Origin: Chamaesiphon sp.
Lineage (GTDB): Bacteria > Cyanobacteriota > Cyanobacteriia > Cyanobacteriales > Chamaesiphonaceae
Assembly: GCA_965246715.1 (NCBI GenBank)
Contig: CBDFFH010000043.1
Coordinates: 1 to 64,000 of the forward strand
Direction of reading: 5' to 3'
DNA: 64,000 nucleotides
Both the position numbers and the translations under genes were made by a program. The notes under the pieces are model-generated. The model did not search any database. It saw only the letters and a program-made list of their open reading frames with translations, and was not told where the DNA came from. Below, one piece after another: positions 25,694 through 37,151 of the stretch (positions within the stretch are counted from its first letter, which is position 1; the number at the start of each line of letters is the position of its first letter).

Positions 25694-27832
25694 ATGGGCG
25701 TCATGATCAAGGTTATGCATTGGTTATTAATTATAACTACAATTCACACTACTCACATCTTAGGACTGGTGAAATTCACAATACCAAAAACCGATGTTGT
25801 TCATCCAAAATCCGGATTAATCTTACATTATATGTCAGAATACCGACCAGCGAATAAAATTGTTACATTTTCAGTAAGCCTGCCAATGTATTCGGACATG
25901 TGTTTTCTCATCCCGAACGAAGCAATGGGAAAAATACCAGACTGTGAAGATAAAGAAGCCACTGTGCGCGTGATTAGAGAAACACAACGAGAACTACAGA
26001 AGAATAACAACACACGGATACAACCAGTCGCTAGGCAAGAAGATACCGTCGGCATATTTGCAAATGTCTCACAAACGACCAAATCCACAAAGAAGTTGAA
26101 GAAAAACGTAACTCCAACGACGAAACCCACGACAGTATCTAATTCAACGACAAGGTCAACGTCAACAATTAGAACTTCAACAAACGTTTGGGAAAATATA
26201 AGGGAGATGATGGACAAGAACAATGGAGAAGTACATATAGTAAAACAGAATGGGACACTGTCTGTGAACTTTACTGCTGCAAGACCGGACTTAAATTTGT
26301 TTAAACCAAAAGAACGACGCAAACGGATTATACCAGCACTTATTGCGATTGGGGCAGGTGTAGCATCAACTGCATTATCAGCAGTGAATTTATTTCAAAT
26401 GGGTAATTTAAAAGCAGAAATGAGAGGAGTAAAGGAAACTCTTAACGCTATACATCTTGCCACTATTAATAACGAAGCACAAATTTTGCATATTAATGAA
26501 GGTCAACTGAAGTTAGCGAAGGAACTCAGTGATACTCAAGTGGCGTTAAACAAAACCATGGCATTGGTTAATCAACACTCGGAAATATTACATAACCATG
26601 CAGAAGCGCTAAAAACGATCCTCTCTCAAACATTGTTCTTACGAAACCAATTAGACACGGTTACTCACGCGCTGAATACTCACTTTATTCACGAATCCAT
26701 AGAGAATATACTGTTAAACAAACTCAACCTACATTTTATTCACCATACGGATATGTCTCGAGTAATTAAAATGGTAACCCAAGCGATGAACTTAACAACC
26801 GATGAATTTAACAGTTCAATCCCAATGGTAGAAATAGTTACACGATTATTAGTTCGACAGCAAATTGATTTCGCTCCAATGACAGTAAAAGAAGCCTCAG
26901 ACAATGGTGTTTTAATCGGGAAAATGATGTTTACATCATATTTTGCCGCACCGGCCCGGGATCAAGATCCATTCTCGATTTACGAAGTGGTACCAATACC
27001 GTTTAACCAAGGAAAGAAGCGAGTGCAACTAGCTAGAATGCCAGCGTATTTGGGAATTGAACCGGAGTCGCAACAATTCATACGTTGGTCCAAAGCAGAA
27101 GCCACGACTTGTGATTTCCAAATAATGCCGTCCTGTCGAGAAACTCCTGTTAGGCGGAAGGAACTAGAGGACGGCTGCATTTATCAAATATTGACGGACT
27201 CAAAATTAAAAAATTGTCGTGTTGAATCCTTCCCTGATGAAGTATTTATTCGTCGGGTGGGACAACACTGGGCAATATCAACGTATAATAGCTCGAAATG
27301 CCATGGAATACCGAATGAACGAGTCGATGAACATATGTTGGTTGATAATGAAGAAATTACAATACCCGAAATAGCTTTAATCACGGTTACTGAGGAGAAA
27401 TCTTTAGCATGTAATCAGTTTATTATACCAGGGGAACTGACAAAAATTGACACACCAATAAATCTAATATACAACGAATCAATTAGCCCGAGTTACAAAG
27501 CATTGATTAACCTGCAAGAGATGCTAGATAATGAAACACATTGGGAAAAATTGCCTTATATTACATCCGATATGCAGGCGGTAATAGATTTCATATCAAA
27601 TACACCCAAACCGGCGACCATTCATGATTTTAAAATCTGGAGCGAACACCCAATTTCATTTACAATGGTCCTGATTGTAGGAACATTAATCTTAGTAATC
27701 ATCGTTATGATACTTTATATGTTTGGAAAGAAGAAAAAGGGCGGAGTTGAGAATCAAATTATAGTCGCAATGCCTATGAAAGAATTAGGAATGCGAGAAA
27801 TTGTCAAAGACGCTGCAGCAGAAAAATATTAA
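25694..27832 (+). CDS. env: Env-like class I fusion glycoprotein
   Basis: Signal peptide, Thr-rich mucin-like stretch, furin site RRKR followed by hydrophobic fusion peptide IIPALIAIGAGVASTALSA, heptad repeat, Cys-rich region and C-terminal TM. Confidence 0.9.
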   Translation: MGVMIKVMHWLLIITTIHTTHILGLVKFTIPKTDVVHPKSGLILHYMSEYRPANKIVTFSVSLPMYSDMCFLIPNEAMGKIPDCEDKEATVRVIRETQRELQKNNNTRIQPVARQEDTVGIFANVSQTTKSTKKLKKNVTPTTKPTTVSNSTTRSTSTIRTSTNVWENIREMMDKNNGEVHIVKQNGTLSVNFTAARPDLNLFKPKERRKRIIPALIAIGAGVASTALSAVNLFQMGNLKAEMRGVKETLNAIHLATINNEAQILHINEGQLKLAKELSDTQVALNKTMALVNQHSEILHNHAEALKTILSQTLFLRNQLDTVTHALNTHFIHESIENILLNKLNLHFIHHTDMSRVIKMVTQAMNLTTDEFNSSIPMVEIVTRLLVRQQIDFAPMTVKEASDNGVLIGKMMFTSYFAAPARDQDPFSIYEVVPIPFNQGKKRVQLARMPAYLGIEPESQQFIRWSKAEATTCDFQIMPSCRETPVRRKELEDGCIYQILTDSKLKNCRVESFPDEVFIRRVGQHWAISTYNSSKCHGIPNERVDEHMLVDNEEITIPEIALITVTEEKSLACNQFIIPGELTKIDTPINLIYNESISPSYKALINLQEMLDNETHWEKLPYITSDMQAVIDFISNTPKPATIHDFKIWSEHPISFTMVLIVGTLILVIIVMILYMFGKKKKGGVENQIIVAMPMKELGMREIVKDAAAEKY

Positions 27833-28048
27833 GCCGGTCAAGATTTTAAAAAGTATTTTATATGAGTAGCATATAGTTTTAATACGTGTGTGATTCAAAT
27901 TTATTTTGTTTGGTTTATATTATTCTCCCCTATTTTCTCTTTGAGTTTTTCTTACCTATGAGTAGCTATCATTTTCGTTTCCTCGAATTACATAGTATAG
28001 ATGGAAGTTTGACGACACTCAGGAGAGCGTCGAATCTTGGTGGGAGAG

Positions 28049-28558
28049 TGTGCCAACAATCAAAATATCTATGATTCATAAGCCGAATGATTGTGTATCG
28101 TTCTGTATACACTCTCTCTATATATAATCATTAGCGTGTGGATATATATGATATGTCTTAGATAAGATTCGTCTTGTATTTTAGTCATTAGTATTGAAGG
28201 ATCATTAGAGATGAAATAGCATAAATAGAAAGTACAAAGTATAAGAGAAGGAGCAAAGTACAAGAGAAGGAGCAAAGTCCAAGAGAAAGAACACGGTATA
28301 AAAAGACGAGCCATGCAATACATCGGGGGGCATTCATCTTTTAGTATTCTTAGTATAGTTGGTTATAGAACGTTGGTAGAATAGTATTAGTAGAACATAC
28401 ATTCTGGTGTGGAACTATATTGTCCGTTTACGTGTGTTTATCTTTATGTATGTTTCTCTCTTGGTTCAAATAAACATCGGTGAGCTTGTAACGTAATATC
28501 TTGTTCTATTCTTCTAACAACCAACAGTACAACAAGCAAGAGAATAAATTACGTTACA
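28049..28558 (+). repeat. 3' LTR, preceded by polypurine tract GGTGGGAGAG
   Basis: Copy of 19605-20114. Confidence 0.97.
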
Positions 28559-29934
28559 GAGACAGTAAACTTTTCAAATGAATCTCACCTTGAACTGGTT
28601 CGTCATCAATATCTGGTTTATCGTATAGGACAGCCCATACAGGTTGATAACAGTCTTGACCTTTATTTTTACCACAGCTCGAATCATCTATATCGGATTT
28701 AGTTACTTGACAGTGGTTTTCTATGAAGGTACGTGCTTGGTAATATTCAGTACCTCCATAATAGATCAGGTTGACCGAAATATACAATATTATAAGACCA
28801 AGATATATTAGTGTCCTGGCCATTAAATTCGCAGTTTATCACGAAAATCTCGTTTGCTTCTTTAACACAACGTAATATGATCGTTAAAATAACGAAAGAA
28901 AATGTGGTTGCTTTTACTGTACATACAAGATTATTCATTCTGTTCTTTTTCTTTTCTGTTCTGCTCTGTTTTTTTATTGATTTCTGTAAGAGCATGAAAT
29001 ATTCGTTCTGTCAAAATTCAAGGACGATGAAAACAAATATACATAATATATTTCGTTCCATTTCCCTATCTCTTTGGGCACAAAGTCAAGAGAAAAAAGG
29101 TCAATATATAAGAAAAGTTTATTCATCATCATTGCTTATGAATGTATTCTGATTTATCAACCTAATATTTAAAATATTGGACAACCATATAATCAAGAGT
29201 ATTGCCTTTTCAAAAAAAGAAACATAATGTTAGCGTCCATAGATGTCACTCATAGACGCTAACTGCTCTTCATTGATCATTCTTTTTCTTTCCTGTTGAT
29301 GTTCTTTGTTCTCCTCTCTCGTTGGTCATCTCAGTTATGAGACGGCCGACGTATCTCTTTGATGTTTTCCTTTTCCTTCCTCTCTTGTTTGACCCACTTT
29401 CGTGATCTCTATATACGTGGTTGTTTTTCTCTTTGTACTCGTATATTCTTTCTTCTCGTTTTTCTTGGTCTTTTCCGACTTTCTCCTTGTTCCTATCCTT
29501 TTGTCCTTTCTTTTCCTACATTTGATTTTGTTTTTATTTTATTTCTTCGAAATAAAACGTTTTCTCTCATATCACCTATCTTCTTCCATTCATTCACCTT
29601 GTGATCCAGGAAAGGTAGGATATTTGACGTGGGTTTTTCTCGCCATAGATCAGGTAGGGGGTTGAGGGTGAGGGTGAGTGGAGTAGCCATGATGTTAACA
29701 TTTCACCTAAGCAACTAGGATCTTCAGATGGTCTCGTCTTAATTCTCGAAAGAATCAAAACAAAGCTAATTCTAAACGGCATACCTTATAGAATGGATTG
29801 GTGTTTTGTATTGTTTAATGATATAGAAGCGTATAATATTGAGATGATTGTTTTCGTTGATGTTTTGTTCATGAAAAAAATACATGATTTGAAGAAGGTC
29901 TGCTCTTTATATAGATATTTGTGGACGACAGATG

Positions 29935-30064
29935 ACTGTAGACATACGACGGGCCACCTGTTATGTGCAACAGAGGGCTTTCGTACATACGACAGACCGT
30001 TCGATATCTACAACGGAGGACTTTCGTACATACGACAGACCGTTCCATATCTACAACAGAGGAC
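29935..30064. repeat. ~46-bp tandem repeat (2-3 copies)
   Basis: CTTTCGTACATACGACAGACCGTTC(G/C)ATATCTACAAC(G/A)GAGGA is repeated. Confidence 0.7.
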
Positions 30065-30390
30065 GTTGTAAGTGTAACAGTCCATGGCTTTGTCACGACA
30101 GGTTTCGGTTCGGGTAATGTAGCTGATGTCATAGCCACAGCAGAAGATGTTGTATATTGAATATATCATCGTAGAACGATTGAAGACTACCTAAGTTTAA
30201 TAGAATAGAAATTATCTAGAAACTATATAAATTGGAAATTTTGTTTTTTGATCAGGTGTAGTATGGAAAATAGAGAACAAATAGAAAATACAAGGACTAT
30301 AAGCTATGAGAATGTTTTTTCTTGTTTATTCAGAGTTGAATATGCTTTAGCAACTGTTTGATCTTGGATTCGATCATATGTTCGATTCTG

Positions 30391-31335
30391 TTACTGATGT
30401 GACGGTTGTTTTTGAATCTGAAATGAAAACGGTAGAGGATTTGTTTGCAGCAGTTTAGAAAGCAGAGGAGAAAAAGACAACCATTCGAATGATTGATGAC
30501 TACCTTTATGTTTTAATTTCAACAAATTGATATGCGGTCGTTTGCGTATAAGTTCACGTTGACTACTTGGACTGTTTCGATGGCCAACAATGAATCGGAC
30601 TGCGTCGATTCCAAGATCTTTGAAGGCTTCTCGGAATATTTCATGCATATCTCTCTTCATCGATGTGAATCTGTTTTCATGAGTATAATGCATGATAACT
30701 TTATCCTGCAAAAATTTCTTTTTGTCTTGTTGTTTGGTCGATGTTGACGATGGCAAGGTTTGTTCTGGCTGCTCCTCTTGCTGGTCGTCGTTGTTTTCCT
30801 TATATTGTTGAATTTGAGCTTCGATTTGAGACTGTCGTGGTGTTGGTTGACCCATTAATCGTCTTCGGAGTTGATGAAATTGATGTTCGTCATCAATGAT
30901 CGGTAGAAGTGATGAACTTGGTACGGAATCATTCAAGACTTTTCGAAATTGCTTATCAATATATTCAATTGGATAACTAAAATAGGAATTTAAAATGAAG
31001 AATTGAAATCCTAGGAGAAGAACTAACCCATTGTATAATAACATTAATTCAATAGCAATTTGTTCTTTGGTGAATGTTTCGAATATCGATGAATATCTTA
31101 TTGCTCGAACCAAAGCTGTTTGAATAACATTTGCAAAGGTATGTCGAGGATGATCGGATAGAAATGGTACTACATATGGTTCAGCTGATGGTTTGTGATA
31201 TACGGCCGTATGAAGAACACCTTGTTGATTGCTGACAAGAACATCAAGAAATGGAACGCTGGTACCAATTTGACTTTGTAGTTTGATATTTTTGTGCCAT
31301 TGATTAGCATCGTGTAATCGTTGTTGAATTATGTC
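30391..31335 (-). mobile_element. Penelope-like retroelement RT, C-terminal part (Athena-type, endonuclease-less), with spliceosomal introns; 5' part cut by the genome junction
   Basis: PLE motifs PFLDVLV, TAVYHKP, SDHPRH, RAIRYSS and YNG(intron)YP. The C-terminal HYTHENRF..RFIVGHRNSPSSQRELIRKRP is followed by no GIY-YIG motif. Confidence 0.85.
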
Positions 31336-31358
31336 TGTGCCAATAAGCACGTTATTAC

Positions 31359-32291
31359 GTCTTGATGCTCGAACCCCTATTTCGCTGCAATTTAGCCTGT
31401 GTCGGCTGCGGCAAAATTCAGCACCCAGCCGAGATTCTCCGTCAAAATCTCACCCCCGAGCAATGTTTCCAGGCGATCGAGGAATGTGGGGCGCCAGTAG
31501 TTTCGATTCCTGGGGGCGAACCCCTAATGCATCCCCAAATCGATGAGATCGTGCGCGGAACGATCGATCGACGGAAATTTATCTATCTCTGTACCAATGC
31601 CCTACTACTAGAGAAAAGTCTCCATAAGTTTACACCATCCCCCTATCTATCTTTTAGCGTCCATCTCGATGGCCCGCAGGAGATGCACGATCGCGCTGTC
31701 GATCGCAATGGGGTATTCGATATTGCCGTCCGAGCGATTAAGGCAGCTAAAGCCCAAGGTTTCCGCGTCACTACTAATACGACGCTCTTCCAGGGAGCAG
31801 ACCCTCAAGCCATCCAAGACTTCTTTGATTTCACCGACACCCTCAACCTCGACGGGATGATGATTTCGCCCGGTTATAGCTATGCCTGGGCACCAGATCG
31901 AGACCACTTCCTCCACCGCGAGCAGACTAAAGCCCTATTTAGAGAAATTCTCGCCCCGCTCTCGTCCGGTAAAAAACGCTGGAACTTCAATCATAACCCC
32001 CTGTTCCTAGATTTCCTCACGGGCGAGAAAGATTACGACTGCACTCCCTGGGGCAGTCCTAGCTATAGTGTCCTCGGTTGGCAAAAGCCCTGCTACCTGC
32101 TCAATGAAGGCTATTACAGCAGTTTCCAGGAACTTTTGGATGAAACTGACTGGGATAAATACGGACACGCCAGCGGCAATCCTAAGTGCCAAGATTGCAT
32201 GGTGCATTGTGGGTTTGAACCCACCGCCGCCCTCGCTGCATTGCAACCGCAGAATATGGTCAGAGCGTTGGGCAGCGTTCTGGGCTGGTAA
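31359..32291 (+). CDS. hpnH: Adenosyl-hopene transferase HpnH (radical SAM), 5'-truncated at the junction
   Basis: [19 protein letters not shown] (CxxxCxxC) and C-terminal [11 protein letters not shown]. The usual N-terminal ~25-30 aa are missing. Confidence 0.92.
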   Translation, partial: VLMLEPLFRCNLACVGCGKIQHPAEILRQNLTPEQCFQAIEECGAPVVSIPGGEPLMHPQIDEIVRGTIDRRKFIYLCTNALLLEKSLHKFTPSPYLSFSVHLDGPQEMHDRAVDRNGVFDIAVRAIKAAKAQGFRVTTNTTLFQGADPQAIQDFFDFTDTLNLDGMMISPGYSYAWAPDRDHFLHREQTKALFREILAPLSSGKKRWNFNHNPLFLDFLTGEKDYDCTPWGSPSYSVLGWQKPCYLLNEGYYSSFQELLDETDWDKYGHASGNPKCQDCMVHCGFEPTAALAALQPQNMVRALGSVLGW

Positions 32292-32333
32292 TTCGTGTTC
32301 GATCGCCCTTGGGGTGCGCTTGCGCGTTCGGCT

Positions 32334-32381
32334 AAAAAAACAGTAGCAGATTTGAGTTAAATCTCAGATCTGCTACTGTTT
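32334..32381. terminator. Bidirectional intrinsic terminator between convergent hpnH and ado
   Basis: AAAAAAACAGTAGCAGATTTGAG-TTAAAT-CTCAGATCTGCTACTGTTT hairpin. Confidence 0.75.
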
Positions 32382-32407
32382 GACGATCGTTAAATTTCTG
32401 ACAATCC

Positions 32408-33103
32408 TTATGCACCCATCAACCCATAAGCCGACATCCGCATGATTTCGCCAGTATTAAAGCCAATATTATTTAAAGCTTCGCCGTAAGCAATCATGAA
32501 GTCTTCAATCAGCGCATCTTTCTCCATCCCCAAGACTTTGGCATCCTTAGCAACTTGGTTTAACATCTTCCAGACCAGGGGAAGATTTTGACGGTTGGCA
32601 GTTTGGAGCTCGGCTTTAGAGGCTTCAAAATTGTGTTGGAGCCAGACTTCACCAAAATTGAGGTGCATGTACTCATCCTTGACTACTCCCTCAGTAATCT
32701 TCCGCGCAAAACTGTCAGCAACTGGAATATAAATGTTATAAGCCGCGATCGCAAAACATTCGATAATCAGAGATTGAATTAACAGACAGGTGACGATGTT
32801 ACCCGCCGCCGCTGCCACCTGAAAGTTCTCATGTAACTGAGCGAAGAATTCTTTAGCAAAACCTAAGTCTGGAGTTACGGCTAAATTGCGACCACAGGCT
32901 TCAAAACCCTTCTTGTGCCGCAGCTCCATTTTGGACAACTTAACTAAATCTTCTTGAGCGTCTGGTAATAGTCCACCCAAGGTAATATAGTTTTCATGCG
33001 CTTCCTGTTCGCCCTCAATTACAATCGCGTTGACGCGACTGTAGGCATCTTTATAGGTCTCGCTTGCAAAGTTAAGTTCCAAACTGGTTGCCATCTGAAC
33101 CAT
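32408..33103 (-). CDS. ado: Aldehyde deformylating oxygenase (alkane biosynthesis)
   Basis: [23 protein letters not shown] and [11 protein letters not shown] di-iron motifs. AGGAG RBS lies upstream of the ATG at 33103. Confidence 0.96.
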   Translation of the reverse strand: MVQMATSLELNFASETYKDAYSRVNAIVIEGEQEAHENYITLGGLLPDAQEDLVKLSKMELRHKKGFEACGRNLAVTPDLGFAKEFFAQLHENFQVAAAAGNIVTCLLIQSLIIECFAIAAYNIYIPVADSFARKITEGVVKDEYMHLNFGEVWLQHNFEASKAELQTANRQNLPLVWKMLNQVAKDAKVLGMEKDALIEDFMIAYGEALNNIGFNTGEIMRMSAYGLMGA

Positions 33104-33279
33104 GAGTTCGATTTCTCCTATTTTATCCAAAATAATATTTAATTTTATTTATCTGAGCTGATTTAATGAACTACCCTACTTTTTGCAGCAGCTAATTCAT
33201 CATAATTTTTGCTAATTAATCATAAAGATTTATATCAATTTCCAAGCTCCACTATCTTAACCGATCGGCGACCAAAACC

Positions 33280-34116
33280 GTGCATAAATTATCCAATTCC
33301 AGCTATTTTCGATGGTGGTCGCTTTTAAACTGGCTGCTGCTCCTGGGGGGAGCTGGCTTAATTTTGGCTCCACTGGGCGTTGTCGCGATCGCGTCAATTA
33401 CCCCGGTGAGCACTATTTCCACTAGCTTTGAACTGCCTACCCACATCACTTTTGCTAACTACCGAGCCGCTTGGCAACAAGGAAACTTCCTCCTGGCGTT
33501 TGCCAATTCTACGTTGGTTGCACTAGCGGTAACTGCCGCACAAATTTTTACATCTGCCCTGGCAGGTTATGCTCTAGCTCGACTCAAATTTAGAGGTCGT
33601 CAAGCATTGCTGTTAGTAGTGCTAGCTACCCTCGTTATTCCCTTCCAACTCCTGGTAATTCCGATTTTTTTGATTCTGAAGTGGGGGCATCTACTTAATA
33701 CCTATTGTGCCATAATTCTCCCTACTGCTGCCAATGGCTTTGGCATCTTTCTGTTGCGTCAGTTTTTTCTGACTATTCCGATCGAATTAGAACAAGCTGC
33801 CAGTCTCGATGGTGCCAATCGGCTCCAAATTCTCTGGCGAATTATGCTGCCATTATCTCGTCCTGCGCTAGTAACGCTGTTTTTATTCACGTTCATCGGT
33901 GAGTGGAATGATTTGTTTAAACCTTTAATTTTTACCACCCGCCCCGAACTGCGGACGGTACAACTCGCCCTAGCCGAATTTCAAGAACAGTTTACCAATA
34001 GTTGGCAGCTACTGATGGCAGCAGTTGGGATTGCTACATTACCAGTTGTATTACTCTTTTTGCTCGGGCAGCAACAGTTTATTCGGGGGATTGCCAGCAC
34101 GGGGATTAAAGAATAG
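33280..34116 (+). CDS. Carbohydrate ABC transporter permease (MalG/UgpE type)
   Basis: LAGYALARLKFRGR and the EAA loop ELEQAASLDGA. Confidence 0.93.
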   Translation: MHKLSNSSYFRWWSLLNWLLLLGGAGLILAPLGVVAIASITPVSTISTSFELPTHITFANYRAAWQQGNFLLAFANSTLVALAVTAAQIFTSALAGYALARLKFRGRQALLLVVLATLVIPFQLLVIPIFLILKWGHLLNTYCAIILPTAANGFGIFLLRQFFLTIPIELEQAASLDGANRLQILWRIMLPLSRPALVTLFLFTFIGEWNDLFKPLIFTTRPELRTVQLALAEFQEQFTNSWQLLMAAVGIATLPVVLLFLLGQQQFIRGIASTGIKE

Positions 34117-34119
34117 GGA

Positions 34120-34300
34120 TCATCAGCAAACGGAGTAATCCGCAGCTAATGTGAACCAAACCACCCCAATAAGGGTAAACCTTATTTTCGTCATGACACC
34201 TTGAGAGTTCGCTAGCTCCCTGCCCTGTCACCCCTGACTAAACATTCCGAAAGGAAAGTGTCCTGGGTCTAACAAGCTTTGATAAGAAGGTTGAAGCAAA
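34120..34300 (+). ncRNA. HEARO/omega-RNA-like structured RNA (IS200/IS605 IscB/IsrB family), truncated by intron insertion
   Basis: The ordered blocks GTCATGACACCTTG..GCTAGCTCC.TGC.CTGTC..TAAACA..GTG..CTAACAAGCT..ATAA..GAAGCAAA match my recollection of cyanobacterial iscB-associated RNAs. No covariance search was run. Confidence 0.6.
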
Positions 34301-36506
34301 GTGCGATTCGTTGAAGTATGAATCACGGTGTAAGTCCGTACATAATACCCCCAAGCTGGCTACAAGACATGTAGCACTTCAAGGCTTGAACTGTCCGATT
34401 GATGTAGGTGAAAAGCCCTACTCCTCAAACTCAGAGGTAACACCTTATCTGCCCACACCGACACGACTCGGAATTCGTGAGAGTGAAGCTGGGAACAGGG
34501 CTGAATCAGACCAGAATTGCACTGGACACTGCGGCTAATAGGAAGTCTCCATGATGAAACAGAGCCTAGAAAAACAACCTACAACCAAGCAGTCGCAATC
34601 CTAAAGGCTGACTTCATCAGAGTTAAAATCCCGCCAAATCGTTGCTGATAATGGTATGAGTAAGGGGTTCTGATGGTTGGAGTGGCTACATCTAAAGGGA
34701 CATATCAATCGATTGGATGGAACGAATAAAAACGTGGTTGAGGTCTATGGGTGGTCGCACTCACGGTAATCCAGACGAGAGGGCTAATCCTTCAGACACG
34801 GGTAGGACGACCCGTAATTGGGTCGAGGTATTCAGAATATACAAAACTAAGTAGACCATGATTGGACACAGTTTAACCGCTAGTGAATCTTGGAAGAGTC
34901 TACCCTGGAAACAATTCCAGAAAACCCTCTTTCGGTTACAACGTCGCGTATACAAAGCAGTTCAAGTTGGCGACAAGCGAAAAGCGCGGTCACTACAAAA
35001 ACTGATTCTAAAATCTCAAGCAGCCAGAGTACTAGCTATTCGACAAGTAACACAGTTAAACGCTGGCAATAAAACAGCAGGTATTGATGGCAAAGCATCC
35101 CTCACCTTTGAGGAAACGCTTTACACTAGCATCTGAGCTATCACAACATCATACCAACTGGAAGCACGAAGGCTTACGGGAAATCCCCATCCCTAAAAAA
35201 GATGGAACCACTCGGATGCTTAAAGTGCCTACAATAGCGGATAGAGCTTGGCAATGCATAGCTAAATTCGCTCTCGAACCAGCGCACGAAGCAACGTTCC
35301 ATGCTAGAAGTTACGGGTTTAGGACGGGAAGAAGTGCTCATGATGCACAGAAATACCTGTTCCTCAACCTGAGTTCCAAGAGCAACGGTATTGACAAACG
35401 AGTAATCGAACTCGATATCGAGAAATGCTTCGACAGAATTAACCACTCTACCATCATGGAAAATCTGATTGCCCCCTCAGGGGCTGAAGCTTGGTATCTT
35501 TAGATGCTTAAAAGCCGGAACAAATGTAGGATTTCCTGAACAAGGAACTCCACAAGGTGGGGTGGTTTAGTCCTCTACTAGCCAATATTGCACTCAACGG
35601 GATAGAAAAACTCCACGGTTACAAAATGACTAATGGAGAAATCAACGAACCAAGTATCCGATATGCGGATGATATGGTGATTATACTCAAACCTAATGAT
35701 GATGCAGAGGCAATACTTAACAGAATCAGTGAATTTCTAGCCGAAAGAGGGATGAAGGTCAGCGAACGTAAGACCAAACTAACAGCAGCAACAGATGGAT
35801 TTGACTTCCTTGGATGGCACTTTAGAGTGCAGAAAAATGGAAAGTTTCGTAGTACTCCATCGGCGGATAACTACGAAGCATTTCATAAGAAGGTAAAACA
35901 CATCGTTAATAACTCGAACTATGGTGCCACAACTAAGGCTGAGAAATTAGCCCCAGTGGTTAGAGGATGGAGATACTACCACAAATACTGCAAAATGGAA
36001 GGGTCGAGAAACTCTCTTTACTTCATTCAAAAGCGGGCATATACGGTATTCAACAAGGAATCAAAACAGAATCGACACACTAGCAAAGTTTTTGCTAGAT
36101 AAAGCTTTTCCAACAGTTCCTTACTCCGAAAATAAATATATCAATGTTAAAGGAAATAAATCCCCTTACGACGGCGATATCTCCTACTGGAGTGAGCGTA
36201 AGAGCAAACTCTACGATGGACACACCTCTAGAGCTATTAGAAAGCAAAGCCGTAAGTGCGTAGCCTGTGGATTAACATTCATTGGCGAAGAAAAGGTACA
36301 TCTGCATCACGCGGATGGAAACCACGATAATTGGGACAAAAAGAATCTAGTAGCAATACATGAATCTTGTCACGATTACGTGCATATGAGCAGCAGAGGT
36401 AAAGTTGTCGCAATACACGAACCATGTGAATCTGAACCTAGCACAAGCAAAAGCGCAAGCTAAGAATATCGGGAGCTGGATGCACAGAAATGGGCACGTC
36501 CAGATC
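34301..36506 (+). mobile_element. Group II intron A (chloroplast-like class), outermost; domains I-V present, domain VI absent
   Basis: 5' GTGCG at 34301, an RT ORF, and domain V GAGCTGGATGCACAGAAATGGGCACGTCCAGATC ending at 36506. Confidence 0.88.
34858..36463 (+). pseudogene. ltrA: Intron A-encoded RT/maturase/HNH protein with four +1 frameshifts as written
   Basis: TAGIDG, SYGFRTGRS, PQGG, YADD and C-terminal HNH, split over ORFs 34858, 35084, 35557 and 36092. Confidence 0.85.
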
Positions 36507-37151
36507 GTGCGGTTCGTTGATTGAAACCGAAGCCTTTTAGGACTTTGGAGGAAAATCGTCTCTACGCCGCCTTGAGTGCAAGCTCAGAAATATAGTAGAG
36601 ATAACTTTAGTTTAGTGTGAGTGCGTCGAACTCAATTTTTGACAAGTCTCACCCGCTAGGAATGGCGTGATGCCAAAACTGCCCACATGGATGGAGAATA
36701 AAACTCTAAAAATGAAGCTGGGGACAGAACGAGAATAACAAACCTGAGATGGGGGCAACTCGTATAGGTAAGTAGTCATGGTTAAACACTAGTTGAACTC
36801 TCGGAAAAAGCGTCTGAACGTGAACGACCGAACTCAAGGTCGGACAACGACACAAGATAACACGTAAAAGTGTGAAAATACCCGCATTATTTTGATCTGG
36901 ATAAATGCAATTCTGGGAAATCGTGGGCGAAATGAGAGAACCTAAAATTACAAAATAACTAAACTAAGGAACGAATAAAACTGCTCTTTTAACCTCCAGT
37001 CACAGAGATTTAATCTCTGTAGCTGTGGATTCCTTAAATAAGAGTTAGCGGGTAGAGTTGGTAAGATGTACTCGAAAATCCAACAGGTAAGGACTGTTAG
37101 ACAACTGGGTACGGTTTGCATAATCAATGTTCAAAATGCGTAGAGAATGTT

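Larger units (their letters stand above)
19605..28558 (+). mobile_element. Full-length Ty3/gypsy-type LTR retrotransposon with env (retrovirus-like; resembles bdelloid Juno/Vesta elements)
   Basis: TG..CA LTRs of 510 bp, GAGAC 5-bp TSD (19600-19604 and 28559-28563), PBS, PPT and open gag, pol and env ORFs. Confidence 0.97.
19242..28823 (-). pseudogene. Two-TM membrane protein gene with a Cys-rich extracellular loop (BK channel beta-subunit/KCNMB-like topology), disrupted by the LTR element
   Basis: N-half 28823-28559 (TM, HCQV..CG..CYQPVWAVLY) continues at 19604 (SLTKANSTVDQYE). After an intron come YTCYHD..VQWERP and a second TM. Confidence 0.65.

Noticed and set aside
31335..31343. TGTGCCAA at the junction, matching the LTR start
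   Set aside because: Only about 8-9 nt match with no further LTR sequence, so it is likely chance.
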